The notes: generated by a model not told the origin, from the letters alone. Positions 1-9,825 are shown, numbered from the stretch's first letter. The stretch is 64,000 bases of DNA from an uncultured Holophagae bacterium (GCA_963714385.1 CAVQOJ010000002.1:326528-390527); one strand, 5' to 3'. Translations and numbers: made by a program.

Positions 1-746
1 TCGTCCACGACGCCCGAGATATCCACCTGCACCTCGGCTCCACCGAGAGCCTGATTGTCGGTCTTTTCGCCGATCGCGGCCTGCACCAGGTGGGCGCCGG
101 CCAGGAATATCGTGCCGGTTCCCTCGACGATCAACGCCTCGTCGGACATGATCGGCAGGTAGGCGCCGCCGGCCACGCACGAGCCCATGATGGCCGCTAT
201 CTGGTAGATCCCCTCGGCTGACATGCGCGCGTTGTTGTAAAACACCCGGCCGAAGTGGTCTCGATCCGGAAAAATTTCGTCCTGCATCGGCAGGAAAACT
301 CCAGCCGAGTCCACCAGGTAGATGATCGGCAGTCGGTTCTCCATGGCAATTTCCTGCGCCCGCAGGATCTTCTTGCAGGTCAGCGGAAACCACGCTCCCG
401 CCTTGACCGTGGCGTCGTTGGCCACCACCACGCACTCCCTGCCGCTTACCCTGCCGAGGCCCACCACGACCCCTGCGGCCGGCGCACCACCCCATTCCTG
501 GTAGATCTCCCAGGCGGTGAAGGCGCCGAGCTCGAGGAACTGGGAATCCCCGTCGATCAGCTCGGCGACCCGCTCGCGGGCGAGCAGCTTGCCCTGGCTC
601 CGCTGCTTCGCGGCGGCGCGTTCTCCGCCGCCCTCCGCGATCTGCCCGCGGTGCGCCTGCAGCACCCGGAGCTCGTTCAACCAGTGGTCACGATTGGCCT
701 CGTAGGTCACATCGTGGGGGACCTCGACCGCGAGGGACTTTGGCAT
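1..746 (-). CDS. acyl-CoA carboxylase carboxyltransferase (beta) subunit, methylcrotonyl-CoA-carboxylase-beta-like; N-terminal part only, gene runs off window start
   Basis: Own reverse translation from ATG (746-744): MPKSLAVEVPHD...GRVSGRECVVVANDATVKAGAWFPLTCKKILRAQEIAMENRLPIIYLVDSAGVFLPMQDEIFPDRDHFGRVFYNNARMS...GSCVAGGAYLP, a classic carboxyltransferase signature. Absent from the ORF track (no stop in window). The + ORF 255..1748 is partly its antisense shadow. Confidence 0.8.
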   Translation of the reverse strand, partial: MPKSLAVEVPHDVTYEANRDHWLNELRVLQAHRGQIAEGGGERAAAKQRSQGKLLARERVAELIDGDSQFLELGAFTAWEIYQEWGGAPAAGVVVGLGRVSGRECVVVANDATVKAGAWFPLTCKKILRAQEIAMENRLPIIYLVDSAGVFLPMQDEIFPDRDHFGRVFYNNARMSAEGIYQIAAIMGSCVAGGAYLPIMSDEALIVEGTGTIFLAGAHLVQAAIGEKTDNQALGGAEVQVDISGVVD

Positions 747-827
747 GGCCGGAGTGTAGCATCGCAAATCCGGGCGAGAAATGAGCGCGGGCTCTCTGTT
801 ACACTCGCCCGCCAGGCAGGTACACGC

Positions 828-1748
828 ATGGCCAAGGTGAAGGCACGCCGCACGCATCGAGACGAGCTCCCGGGCATCGCCGTGCTCCGGGACTCGGTGG
901 CATCGGAGATGGCCGCCTACCAGACGCGACCGTCGGTGCTGGACCTCGACATGGACGTCGACCCAAACCTCGAGCACCTCATGAACCGGGATCCCGACGG
1001 CTTCATCACCGCCGTCGAAGGCGACGAGACCGTGGGCTTCGCCGCCTCGTTCATCCGCTCACGCCAGTGCACCCTTGCCGAACTCTGGGTGCTCCCCCAG
1101 CACCGGGGAAAAGGCGCCGGCGAGGTGCTGATGAAGACGGCGCTCGCCTACGGCGAACGTTCGGGGGCCCGTGAGTTCGCGGCGCTGGCGCCGCCCGAGC
1201 CCGCCATCCAGGGCCTGTTGTTGCGATACGGATTCTCGCCGCGCTGTTCGGTCTTCCAGTTCCAGCTCTCACGACCGGTCGCGACGGCCCTTGCCCGGTC
1301 GTTGTCGGTCGGGCTGGAGGGCAGGGAGGCCACCTCCGATCTGCTCGACCGGCGCGGCCAGGCCGATATCGACCGCATCGACCACATGACCCGCAACATC
1401 GCCCGCGAAATGGACCACACCTACTGGCTCAAGGGCCGTTCGTTCGGCGCCGCTCTGGTCCGCCAGGGGTCCAGGATCGCGGGCTACGGATACGGCAGCG
1501 CAGAGCAGGTCGGACCGGTGGCCGGGTCCTCCCGGGATGCGGCCCTGGTCGCCCTCGGCTGGGCTCTCAAGCTGGCTCTGAAGGACGGCGCCACCAGCAT
1601 CATGGTTCCCGTCCCGTCCCCATTCGGGGCCGCCGTAGAGGTCCTCCTGGAAGCCGGTGCCAGGGTCCAATCAACGCTGATTCTCTTCGGCGTCAACCTC
1701 AACGTCCCCTTCGACCGCTGCATCCTCGGCGCTCCATCCTTGCCATGA
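828..1748 (+). CDS. GNAT family N-acetyltransferase (~306 aa)
   Basis: In-frame ATG at 828 within track ORF 255..1748. Acetyl-CoA motif-A-like LWVLPQHRGKGAGEVLMKTAL. Stop overlaps the next start (ATGA at 1745-1748). Confidence 0.7.
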   Translation: MAKVKARRTHRDELPGIAVLRDSVASEMAAYQTRPSVLDLDMDVDPNLEHLMNRDPDGFITAVEGDETVGFAASFIRSRQCTLAELWVLPQHRGKGAGEVLMKTALAYGERSGAREFAALAPPEPAIQGLLLRYGFSPRCSVFQFQLSRPVATALARSLSVGLEGREATSDLLDRRGQADIDRIDHMTRNIAREMDHTYWLKGRSFGAALVRQGSRIAGYGYGSAEQVGPVAGSSRDAALVALGWALKLALKDGATSIMVPVPSPFGAAVEVLLEAGARVQSTLILFGVNLNVPFDRCILGAPSLP

Positions 1749-3811
1749 CCGATCTCCCGGATCGGTCCACGCGCCGCTACCGGATCGACTACCAGGGCGA
1801 GCTCAACCCGGAGCAGCTGCGGGTGGTCATGCATCCCGGCGGCCCGATGTTGGCCTTGGCCGGAGCTGGAACCGGCAAAACCCGGACCCTGGTCTATCGA
1901 GCGTGTCGTCTCATCGAGGACGGCGTGCCGCCGGCGCGAATCCTGTTGCTGACCTTCACCAACAAGGCGGCGCGGGAGATGCTGGACCGGGTGGAACATC
2001 TGGTGGAAGGCACCGCCGGCCGGGTCACCGGGGGAACGTTTCACTCCGCCGGCCATCGAATTCTCCGCCGGCACGCCTCCCTCCTCGGATACTCGGAGAG
2101 ATTCTCGATCCTCGACCGGGAGGACGCCACCGATCTCATGGGCCAGGCCCTGTCCGACCTGAGCCCCGACCTCCCCAAGCGTCGAACCCCCAGGCCCCGG
2201 CTGCTGCTGGACATCTACAGCTTCGTGATCAACACCGGCCGTGAGCTCGAGCAGGTGTTGTTGGAGCGGGCCCCCCAGTACGTCGATCAGGGTGAGGCCA
2301 TGGCCGCCGTCTTCCGGCGCTACCTGGAACGCAAACGCCAGGCCGACGCGATGGACTTCGACGACCTCCTGCTCAACTGGCTGTTGCTGCTGACCCGGCA
2401 GCCGGCGGTGCGCAGGGAGCTGGCGGAGCGCTTCCTCCACATTCTGGTGGACGAGTACCAGGACACCAACCGGCTGCAGGCGGACATCGTCGACGGAATG
2501 TTGGGAACAGACAAGAACGTGATGGTCGTGGGCGACGACGCCCAGTCGATCTACGGCTTCCGCGGCGCCGAGTTCGCCAACATCCTGGGGTTTCCCGAAC
2601 GCCATCCGGAGTGCGAGATCTTCAGGCTGGAGACCAACTATCGGTCGACGCCGAAGATCCTCGACCTGGCCAACGCGTCCATCGTTCACAACAAGAACCA
2701 GTTCCGCAAGGAGCTGCGGGCGGTCCGCAGCGCGGGCGAGCCTCCGACCGTGGTCTCGGTGCCCACCCCCGAACGGCAGGCAAGCTGGGTGGCCGAGCGA
2801 ATCCTCGAGCTGCGCGAGGAGGGCATCGACCTCGAGGAGATCGCGGTCCTTTATCGAAACCACTCCCACTCCCTCGACCTCCAGGTTGAGCTCACCCGGC
2901 GCAACATCCCGTTCCGGGTCCGATCGGGCCTCCGGTTCTTCGAGCAACGCCACATCAAGGACGTGCTGTGTCACCTCAGGGTGATCGACAACCCTCGCGA
3001 CGAGGTCGCCTTCGTCCGCGCCGTCAAGCTGCGCCCGGGATTCGGGCCGAGGCTGGCCGGGCGCCTGTGGGATCGCATGTCCGGCGCCGACCCTCTCGCC
3101 CGGCTCGCCGCCCTCGACCATGCGACCCTCGGACTGCGGGGGGCGGCCCGAGGACCGTTCTCCGACCTCCAGCTGTTGATGCAGGACCTCCAGGCGGAGC
3201 CGCTCGCCCGGCAGCCCGGCGAGTCGCTGCGTTTGGTGGTCGACCGCTTCTACCGGCAGTGGGCGCGCGACAACCTGGACAACGCCGGGTCGCGGCTGGA
3301 GGATCTCGAGCAGCTCGCTCTCTATGCCGACTCCTACCCCGACGTCAACACGTTCCTCGCCGAGGTGACCCTGCTCAACGACCTGTCGGGTGAGGATGCC
3401 GTCGGCGGCCCTCCGGACGAGGTCCTGACCCTCTCCACGACCCACCAGGCCAAGGGGCTCGAGTGGAGGGTGGTGTTCGTCATCTGGCTCTCCGAAGGCC
3501 GTTTCCCCACGGTCCGCGCGGAGGACGAGGAGGAGGAGCGCCGCCTGTTCTACGTGGCGGCCACCAGAGCCAGAGACCTGCTCTTCTTGGTCCACCCCTC
3601 CATCGCCCGCGACCGCTACCGGGTGGATGTGGTGATCAGCCCTTCCCGTTTCCTGCTCGAGCTGCCCGCCGACGTCTCCGACAAGCTCACGGTCGCCGAC
3701 GACCTGCGGGAAAATGCCCTGGACGCTCTCCCGGAAGAGCTGAGGTACCGCCTGCCGGCGTTCCTGGAACCGTCACCGGCCGATGGCGACGACAACGAAG
3801 GGGTGAACTGA
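1745..3811 (+). CDS. UvrD/PcrA/Rep-family ATP-dependent DNA helicase
   Basis: 688-aa ORF with Walker A AGAGTGKT, motif II VDEYQDTN, GDDAQSIYGFRGA, ETNYRST, TTHQAKGLEW. Confidence 0.9.
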   Translation: MTDLPDRSTRRYRIDYQGELNPEQLRVVMHPGGPMLALAGAGTGKTRTLVYRACRLIEDGVPPARILLLTFTNKAAREMLDRVEHLVEGTAGRVTGGTFHSAGHRILRRHASLLGYSERFSILDREDATDLMGQALSDLSPDLPKRRTPRPRLLLDIYSFVINTGRELEQVLLERAPQYVDQGEAMAAVFRRYLERKRQADAMDFDDLLLNWLLLLTRQPAVRRELAERFLHILVDEYQDTNRLQADIVDGMLGTDKNVMVVGDDAQSIYGFRGAEFANILGFPERHPECEIFRLETNYRSTPKILDLANASIVHNKNQFRKELRAVRSAGEPPTVVSVPTPERQASWVAERILELREEGIDLEEIAVLYRNHSHSLDLQVELTRRNIPFRVRSGLRFFEQRHIKDVLCHLRVIDNPRDEVAFVRAVKLRPGFGPRLAGRLWDRMSGADPLARLAALDHATLGLRGAARGPFSDLQLLMQDLQAEPLARQPGESLRLVVDRFYRQWARDNLDNAGSRLEDLEQLALYADSYPDVNTFLAEVTLLNDLSGEDAVGGPPDEVLTLSTTHQAKGLEWRVVFVIWLSEGRFPTVRAEDEEEERRLFYVAATRARDLLFLVHPSIARDRYRVDVVISPSRFLLELPADVSDKLTVADDLRENALDALPEELRYRLPAFLEPSPADGDDNEGVN

Positions 3812-3838
3812 TTTCGGGATTCGGGATTCGGGAAACCG
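3811..3838. repeat. heptad array (GATTCGG-type), ~4 units
   Basis: atttcgg gattcgg gattcgg gaaaccg starting at the helicase stop, between convergent genes. Confidence 0.85.
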
Positions 3839-3849
3839 TGATTGGTTGG

Positions 3850-4713
3850 TCAGGCATCACCGGGCACCAGGTCGAGCATGATGGACCCCTTGGTGGAGGC
3901 TTTCCCCCGATACATGGCGTCGTCGGCCCGTTTGATGAGGCTTTCGATGTCGTCGGATCCGTCTGAGGTCGCGACTCCGATCGTCACCGAGACTGGAGCT
4001 CCGAGGTCTCCAGCAACGTGAAGAACCGCGGCCTGAAGCCGTGAGGCGGTTTCCCGGACCTGAGCTTCCGACGTGCCGGCGAGCAGAACGGCAAATTCGT
4101 CGCCACCCAACCGTCCGACGAAATCGGTTGACCGGAGGCTGCTCCTCAGGACCGTGCCGACTTGTCGGAGGAACCCATCACCTGCAGCGTGGCCTCTCGA
4201 ATCGTTGAGGGCCTTGAAGTTGTCGAGATCCAGATAGAAAACGGCGACGTGGTTCCGGCTGCGGCTGGCGCGAATCAGCTCGATTCGGGCATGGTCCTCG
4301 AAAGCCCGGCGATTGAGGAGACCGGTCAGGAGGTCTGTCCGAGCCAGGTCCTTCTGACGGGCGTACGCCTCCTTGAGGGAGCTGAGAAGAAGGGAGATGA
4401 CGATGAAGAAGCCGAATCGAATGGCGCTGTTCCAGATCAGGATCTCGCGGCCGAGCTCAGGAGGTGTGAAGACGGAGTTCACGCAATACCAGACCAGGGT
4501 CGACAACAGGGCCAATGCGGCTCCGGCTGTCCGCGACACGTACCAGGCGACGAGCGCGATCGGGGCGACGTAGAACAGCCCGAAGGACAAGAAATACCCC
4601 GTGAAGTAGTCTGCCGATCCAACGGCGACGACCAGGGCCAGGGACAGCGCGACGACAAACCCCCCCGATCTGGTATCGAGAAAATTTCGGAGCATGACGA
4701 TCAGGCTCGTCAT
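3850..4713 (-). CDS. membrane-anchored diguanylate cyclase (GGDEF domain with RxxD I-site)
   Basis: RSTDFVGRLGGDEFAVLL (I-site plus GGDEF). N-terminal hydrophobic helices. Start moved to ATG 4713 (MTSLIVMLRNF...); the track ORF extension to 4854 runs through the trxA promoter region. Confidence 0.85.
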   Translation of the reverse strand: MTSLIVMLRNFLDTRSGGFVVALSLALVVAVGSADYFTGYFLSFGLFYVAPIALVAWYVSRTAGAALALLSTLVWYCVNSVFTPPELGREILIWNSAIRFGFFIVISLLLSSLKEAYARQKDLARTDLLTGLLNRRAFEDHARIELIRASRSRNHVAVFYLDLDNFKALNDSRGHAAGDGFLRQVGTVLRSSLRSTDFVGRLGGDEFAVLLAGTSEAQVRETASRLQAAVLHVAGDLGAPVSVTIGVATSDGSDDIESLIKRADDAMYRGKASTKGSIMLDLVPGDA

Positions 4714-4836
4714 TTCGGTTCGCTCCCATCCCTCCGCCGGGCTGAGAGGCACGACCCCCGGGTTCTTCGGGAAGTTCGGTCGAAAAACACCCGACCACAA
4801 TAATCCAGGATCCCGGGAACCGGTACTCAATCGCCC

Positions 4837-4865
4837 TTGACAAACAACGATCAATTAAATATGAT
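4837..4865 (+). promoter_or_regulatory. sigma70-like promoter for trxA (TTGACA-17 nt-TATGAT)
   Basis: TTGACA at 4837-4842, 17-nt spacer, TATGAT at 4860-4865, in an AT-rich patch. AAGGAG Shine-Dalgarno ~9 nt before ATG 4917. Confidence 0.6.
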
Positions 4866-4916
4866 ATGCTTAAATGGTTATGAAGTAAATCATGACCGTA
4901 CCAAAAGGAGCGAAAC

Positions 4917-5297
4917 ATGGCAGTCACAGCCTTGAACAACGAGAACATCCAACCCACCATCGAGAACAACGACATCGTGGTGATCGATTTCTGGGCCTCG
5001 TGGTGCGGCCCGTGCCAGGCCTTCAAGCCGGTCTTCGAAGCGGCGTCCGAAAAGCACGACGGAGTGACCTTTGGGTCGGTCAACACCGAGGAGGAGATCG
5101 AGCTCGCGTCGATGTTCCAGATTCGGTCGATCCCGACCCTGGTCGTCTTCAGGGACCAGATCCCGATCTTCGGCCAGCCCGGAATGCTGCCGGCCGAGGC
5201 CCTCGACGAGCTGATCGCCAAGGTCAAGGAGCTCGACATGGACGAGGTCCGCGCCCAGGTCGAAGAGCAGAAAGCCGCGGCGACCGCGCAGGCGTAA
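4917..5297 (+). CDS. trxA: thioredoxin
   Basis: 126 aa with WASWCGPC active-site motif and typical thioredoxin length. Confidence 0.9.
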   Translation: MAVTALNNENIQPTIENNDIVVIDFWASWCGPCQAFKPVFEAASEKHDGVTFGSVNTEEEIELASMFQIRSIPTLVVFRDQIPIFGQPGMLPAEALDELIAKVKELDMDEVRAQVEEQKAAATAQA

Positions 5298-5303
5298 CCA
5301 CAC

Positions 5304-6188
5304 GAGTTAGGAGTTAAACGTCACACGTTAAACGTTCGGTTCATCCGGAATTCTGTGAGGTGGGGGTCGATCATTTTCGGATTTCACAACGGCACCCGCC
5401 CGCCCGAAGAGGAACCGCGGTTTCATCGCGGAGACAGCCATCAGGGACAGCGTCAGAATCCAGCGGCAGGGACCCGCGGCAGCGTCAGTTGACAGCGTCA
5501 GTATCGGAGTACCGGGTGCGCTCAGATGGGATTGAGCAGGCGCCACGTCATCGCACGAACTTGGTCAAAGGTCTCCAGGGCATTCTCTGCCCCGATTCCA
5601 TTGACTGCACCAGCGGCGGCGAGGAGTCGCAGGTGGCTGTCGACCTCTTTGGCCGAGGCGTAGGCGATCCGCCAGTGGTGCTGGCGGTCTCTTCCGAATC
5701 GGCCGTGTCCTTCCGCCAGGTTTGCCGGGACCGAGCTTGCCGATCGGATCACCTGATCGGCAATCGATTTCAAAGGGGCGGGAACCCTCATCACGAGCTT
5801 GATAGCTACGCCTGCTGCTTCGAGGGCTTTCTCGAGGGCTGCGAGGTTGGTGTTCGTGACGGCTTTGGACATGGTCACCTCCGGGTCGTTCATGCCCTCC
5901 CCCACAAGCCGGTGAGGCAGCCGATGTCAAGGGTGTGTAACACCGGACCCGTGGGCCGGCTTGCCCTTGACATCGGCTGCCCACCGGCCATTCGTTCCTT
6001 TGAACGACCCGGAGGTGTCCATGTGCTACACGGCCAAGGCAACTGTTTGCTGCCGCTGAAGACTGATCGCTGTCCCTGCTCGCTGTTCCCTGTCGCCGCC
6101 CCTGAATTCTGTCGCTGCCGCCGCAATTCGGGAACGGGAACGGCAACACCCCAACCACACGTTTTCCCGGATGAGCCAAACGTAAAAC
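5304..6188 (-). mobile_element. foldback element copy 1 carrying a four-helix-bundle gene (heptad arms + 18-bp inverted termini + long imperfect internal inverted repeats)
   Basis: Termini aacgttcggttcatccgg (5331-5348) and ccggatgagccaaacgt (6167-6183) are reverse complements. Outer heptads gagttag gagttaa acgtcac acgttaa (5304-5338). Homologous end-to-end to 22980..24019 in inverse orientation. No transposase. Confidence 0.6.
5522..5872 (-). CDS. four-helix-bundle protein (23S rRNA intervening-sequence protein / Avd-like family)
   Basis: MSKAVTNTNL...VMRVPAPLKSIADQVIRSASSVPANLAEGHGRF...AKEVDSHLRL, typical of the family. Start chosen at the ATG preceded by GGAGGTGACC. ~93% identical to the 23325..23675 product. 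Confidence 0.8.
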   Translation of the reverse strand: MSKAVTNTNLAALEKALEAAGVAIKLVMRVPAPLKSIADQVIRSASSVPANLAEGHGRFGRDRQHHWRIAYASAKEVDSHLRLLAAAGAVNGIGAENALETFDQVRAMTWRLLNPI

Positions 6189-6202
6189 CTCTATCAGGCT
6201 GC

Positions 6203-6222
6203 AATCTTCAATCTTCAATTCC
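6203..6222. repeat. heptad array (AATCTTC)n
   Basis: aatcttc aatcttc aattcc immediately outside foldback element copy 1. Confidence 0.8.
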
Positions 6223-6319
6223 GCCGCGGGTGGGTTGCGAATACCCGTACGCACGGCTAGCCTCGTCTGCACCGCCCAGGTCGGGCTTCCGGACGACACC
6301 GTGAAGAAAGCTCGGCCGG

Positions 6320-8035
6320 GTGGTTTCTCGAACCGGAGTGATTTATTTGAGCGACGTCCTGGCCAACCCGCCCACCAATCTGCGCGAAGCGTTGCGCCGA
6401 GCGGCGACCGACTTCCCGGACCGCGGCATCGCGATCTTCGACGGCCGGGGGCGGTCCGTCGACCGCCGAAGCTACTCGGAGCTCCACCGGATCGCCGTCG
6501 AGGCCGCAGCTCGTTTCGCGGCCATCGGCGTCGAGCCTGACGAGCCGGTGCTGGTGGCCCTGCCGACCTCCTGGGAGTGGTTCGAGAGCTGGTTCGGGCT
6601 GATGATGCGCGGCGCCTGGCCGGTGGCCGCCTCGGGGGCCGGGGCGATGGCCGCCGCCGAGACCCAGTTCGACAAGGTCGACAAGGTGATGGCCAATATC
6701 GGAGCCCGTTACGTGGTCGCCAACGAGGCCTTCGCCGAGCAGGCGGCAGGGCAGGGTCACGCCTTCGCCGACGGCGGCGTCATCACGCCGGAATCGCTGG
6801 CCGAGCAGCTTCCATCCACCGGGACTCACCTGGGGTCCAGCGACGGCGGCGACGTCGCCTTTCTCCAGCTTACGAGCGGGTCGACCGGTTTGCCGAGGGC
6901 GGTGATGATCTCCCACCGGGGCGCCATCCATAACCCGCTGGCGAGCACCGAGAGTGTCGGCGCGCCCCACGGCGCACCTGCCCACCACTGGGCGGAGTGC
7001 ATGGTGTCCTGGCTTCCCCTCTATCACGACATGGGGCTCATCGGCTGCCTGATGCTGCCGATACTGACCGGTCTCGACTCCTGGTTGCTGCGACCGCCGA
7101 CCTTTCTCGCCCGACCCAAGCTCTGGCTCCAGCACCTCGCCGCCCATGGGCCTTCCTTTGCCCCCTCTCCCAACTTCGGATACCAGCTCTGCGTCGAGCG
7201 GGTGCGACCCGCGGAGCTGGAGGGCATCGACCTGGGGGCCTGGCGCAGCGCCCTGACCGGAGCCGAGATGGTCCGGCGGGAGACCACCGATGCGTTCATC
7301 GAAGCGTTCGCCCGATTCGGCTTTCGGCCGGAAGCCTTCCAGCCTTGTTACGGGCTGGCGGAAGCAACCCTGGCGGTGACCTTCGACGTCCGCGGAGCAG
7401 GGATCCGTACGCTGCCGGCACCGGCCGGGACCGACGGCGGGTTCAACATGACCGAAGTGGTGAGCAACGGCGAGCCCATCCTGGACACCCGGATCGAGGT
7501 CCGCGCACCGGACGGCACGGTGCTGCCGGCGGGATCGATCGGAGAGATCTGCATCAACGGACCGGGGGTCTTTCTGGGGTATTACAACGATCCGGAGGCC
7601 ACCGCCGCGTCGCTGCAGGATGGCTGGTTCGCCACCGGAGATCTCGGTTTCCTAAATGGAGGGGAACTCTACATCACCGGCCGCACCAAGGACCTGCTGA
7701 TCGTTCACGGCCACAACATCATGCCGGACGAGATCGAACGGCTGGCCGACGCGGTGACCGGCGGCGGCGGCCTCATGCGATCTGCCGCATTTTCGGTCGC
7801 CCGCGGACCCTCCGGCGAGGAGGTGGTGGTGGTGGTGGAGGTCGCCGACAGCGACCCCGACCGGCTCGACGCCATCGCACGGGAGATCAAGATCAAGATC
7901 GGCCGCAACATGGGACTGCCGGTGGCCGATCTGGTCTTCGTCCGCCGAGGCCGAATTCCACGCACGACGAGTGGGAAAATGCAGCGAGGAGAAGTCCGGC
8001 AGCGATATCTCGACGGAACCCTCGAACGGATGTGA
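6320..8035 (+). CDS. fatty acyl-AMP ligase / AMP-dependent synthetase (FAAL-like)
   Basis: 571 aa. AMP-binding motifs LQLTSGSTGLPRAV, YGLAEATL, TGDLGF, TSGKMQR. Exact start (GTG 6320 or downstream TTG) uncertain. Confidence 0.85.
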   Translation: MVSRTGVIYLSDVLANPPTNLREALRRAATDFPDRGIAIFDGRGRSVDRRSYSELHRIAVEAAARFAAIGVEPDEPVLVALPTSWEWFESWFGLMMRGAWPVAASGAGAMAAAETQFDKVDKVMANIGARYVVANEAFAEQAAGQGHAFADGGVITPESLAEQLPSTGTHLGSSDGGDVAFLQLTSGSTGLPRAVMISHRGAIHNPLASTESVGAPHGAPAHHWAECMVSWLPLYHDMGLIGCLMLPILTGLDSWLLRPPTFLARPKLWLQHLAAHGPSFAPSPNFGYQLCVERVRPAELEGIDLGAWRSALTGAEMVRRETTDAFIEAFARFGFRPEAFQPCYGLAEATLAVTFDVRGAGIRTLPAPAGTDGGFNMTEVVSNGEPILDTRIEVRAPDGTVLPAGSIGEICINGPGVFLGYYNDPEATAASLQDGWFATGDLGFLNGGELYITGRTKDLLIVHGHNIMPDEIERLADAVTGGGGLMRSAAFSVARGPSGEEVVVVVEVADSDPDRLDAIAREIKIKIGRNMGLPVADLVFVRRGRIPRTTSGKMQRGEVRQRYLDGTLERM

Positions 8036-8087
8036 ACGCGCGAACGAGGGCCCGCCGCGATGGACTGGAGAACAAGGAGTGGACGCG

Positions 8088-8315
8088 ATGGATCACAAGG
8101 ACACAGCGCTCGCGGTCGTCGCCCAGGTGGCCAAGGTGGATGCCGCGACCATCACCCCGGAAATGGAGCTCGTGGCTGACCTCGAGCTGGATTCGGCTCG
8201 CGCTCTCGAGCTGCTGGTCAAGCTCGAGGACGCCCTCGAAATCGAGATCACCGACGAGGCCGCCGCCCGGCTCAACACGGTTGGCGATATTCTCGCCTAT
8301 ATCGGGACGAGGTGA
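8088..8315 (+). CDS. acyl carrier protein
   Basis: 75 aa from ATG 8088 (AAGGAG 9 nt upstream). LDSARALEL phosphopantetheine-site-like DS motif. The track ORF 7971..8315 has a spurious N-terminal extension. Confidence 0.75.
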   Translation: MDHKDTALAVVAQVAKVDAATITPEMELVADLELDSARALELLVKLEDALEIEITDEAAARLNTVGDILAYIGTR

Positions 8316-8390
8316 CGGTGACGCTCGAGGCCGCACCCATCCGCTCGCTTCTGTTATAGTCCGCGTCCTCAGTCAGTAAAGGACGCAACG

Positions 8391-9650
8391 GTGATGACCG
8401 AGGACGCTCGACAACGGGTCAACTGGTACCTCAACGTTCTGTTGGTGGTCCTCGCCTTCAGCATCCCTCTCTATCGAAAGTGGGTGACCACGGCGGCGCC
8501 CCTGGTGACCATCCTGTGGTTCGTCGAGGGCCGATGGCCGGAGAAAACGGCGGTCCTCAAGCGACACCGGCTGAGCCTCGCGGTTGCGGCATTTGTGACC
8601 CTCAACGTGCTCTCCCTGGCCTGGACGGCCGACCTGGCCGAGGGGCTGGATTACCTCAAGAAGTACCGCTATCTGCTGCTGATCCCGGTCATCACGACCT
8701 CGCTCAGAGGGCGCATTCGAACCCTCGTGGAATCCTCGTTCGTTGCGGGGACCGTGCTGTCGGTGGGGTTGTCCGGGCTGGTGTTCGCCGGAGTCATGAG
8801 GATTCGGGACGCCTACCCCGGGAATCCATCACCGTTCATGTCCCATCTCGATTACAGCATGGTGCTCGCGGTGGCGGCCCTGATCGCGCTGACCCGCGCC
8901 GTCGAGGAATCAACCCCGGCCGGGCGCAGGGCTGCCTGGGTCGCGGCCTTCTGCCTGGTGACCGGAGGGCTGCTGATCAACATCGGCCGCAGCGGCCAGG
9001 CGGCCTTCGTGGCCGCAGTCATCGTCGTCATCCCGCTCGTGCTCTGGCGACGGTCGCCCAAGCTCGCGATGGCGGCGACCGCCGGCGCGGTGATCGCTCT
9101 CGGCGTGACCTACGGCGCGGTGAAACCGTTCCAACACCGCGTCGACGCCGGCATCCACGAGCTGACGACGGCCGTTCACGAGGGCCGATACGACACCAAC
9201 CAGGGTAAACGGGTGGCGGGCGCCGTGGTCGCCGTGGATTTGATCCGCGAGCGGCCGATGCTCGGCACCGGCATCGGCGCCAACATGGAACGATTCCGCG
9301 AGCTGCTGGAGTCGCGGCACCAGGAGCTGAGCCCGGTGGTGGCGTGGTTTCCCCACCTCCACAACCAGTACCTGCAGACCGCCACCGAAACCGGTTTGGT
9401 GGGCCTGGTCCTCCTGCTGGCGGTGTTTGCGGCGCTGGTCGTCGGGCCGTATATGGAACCCCACGACCGCCACGTCGCCTGCCTGCTCGCCGTCATCTAC
9501 CTGGTGGGCTTCCTGGGCGATCCCTATCTCCACAAGCAGCTGCCGCTCGTGCTCTTCGCCACCTTCGCGGGCCTGGCCTCCGCCCGCGGCCGCAGCATCT
9601 TTTGGGAGGAGACACGGACGGGTGACACGGTCTTCCAACCACCACCATGA
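8391..9650 (+). CDS. O-antigen ligase/polymerase family (Wzy_C-type) membrane protein
   Basis: 419 aa, ~10 hydrophobic helices. Characteristic periplasmic loop GRSGQAAF ... HLHNQYLQTATETGLVGL. Confidence 0.75.
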   Translation: MMTEDARQRVNWYLNVLLVVLAFSIPLYRKWVTTAAPLVTILWFVEGRWPEKTAVLKRHRLSLAVAAFVTLNVLSLAWTADLAEGLDYLKKYRYLLLIPVITTSLRGRIRTLVESSFVAGTVLSVGLSGLVFAGVMRIRDAYPGNPSPFMSHLDYSMVLAVAALIALTRAVEESTPAGRRAAWVAAFCLVTGGLLINIGRSGQAAFVAAVIVVIPLVLWRRSPKLAMAATAGAVIALGVTYGAVKPFQHRVDAGIHELTTAVHEGRYDTNQGKRVAGAVVAVDLIRERPMLGTGIGANMERFRELLESRHQELSPVVAWFPHLHNQYLQTATETGLVGLVLLLAVFAALVVGPYMEPHDRHVACLLAVIYLVGFLGDPYLHKQLPLVLFATFAGLASARGRSIFWEETRTGDTVFQPPP

Positions 9651-9661
9651 GTCCGAGATAC

Positions 9662-9825
9662 GAATTGAAAATTACAAATTGAAAATTGAAAATTTGCCCC
9701 CGCCCACCCTTTGCGAACTGCAATTACGAAATCGGGTGTGCCGTGCTTGAAGGTGCCCTTCTCCGCCGACCTCGGTAGACGCCAATTTGTAATTTGTAAT
9801 TTGTAATTTGTAATTTGTAATTTCC
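9662..9825. repeat. hairpin-type heptad element (arms GAAAATT/ACAAATT vs AATTTGT x5)
   Basis: Left arm 9662-9696 is the reverse complement of right arm 9784-9825 (five perfect aatttgt units). The core begins with cccccgcccaccc and ends with ccgacctcggtagacgcc. Lies between convergent genes. Confidence 0.9.

Noticed and set aside
255-1748. 497-aa track ORF as a single protein.
   Set aside because: It is chimeric. Residues before ~828 are the antisense of the carboxyltransferase gene (1..746, minus strand). Only the part from ATG 828 looks like a GNAT protein.
1484-3595. 703-aa ORF antisense to the helicase. Similar long antisense or off-frame ORFs are 31141..34005 (954 aa), 61850..63241, 28115..29334, 20803..22590 and 43577..44593.
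   Set aside because: These are typical stop-poor shadow ORFs of a ~67% GC genome. Their translations are Arg/Gly/Pro/Asp-rich with no motifs, and each overlaps a gene with strong family signatures on the other strand or frame.
5360-6304. 314-aa and 244-aa ORFs (5360..6304 +, 5565..6299 -) covering foldback element copy 1.
   Set aside because: They span the inverted-repeat flanks and the antisense of the four-helix-bundle gene. The corresponding region of copy 2 has indels that break these frames, so they are not conserved as coding.
9784-9825. Could the short tandem arrays be CRISPR arrays?
   Set aside because: Units are 7 nt and directly abutting, with no spacers. There are no cas genes and array lengths are only 20-55 bp.
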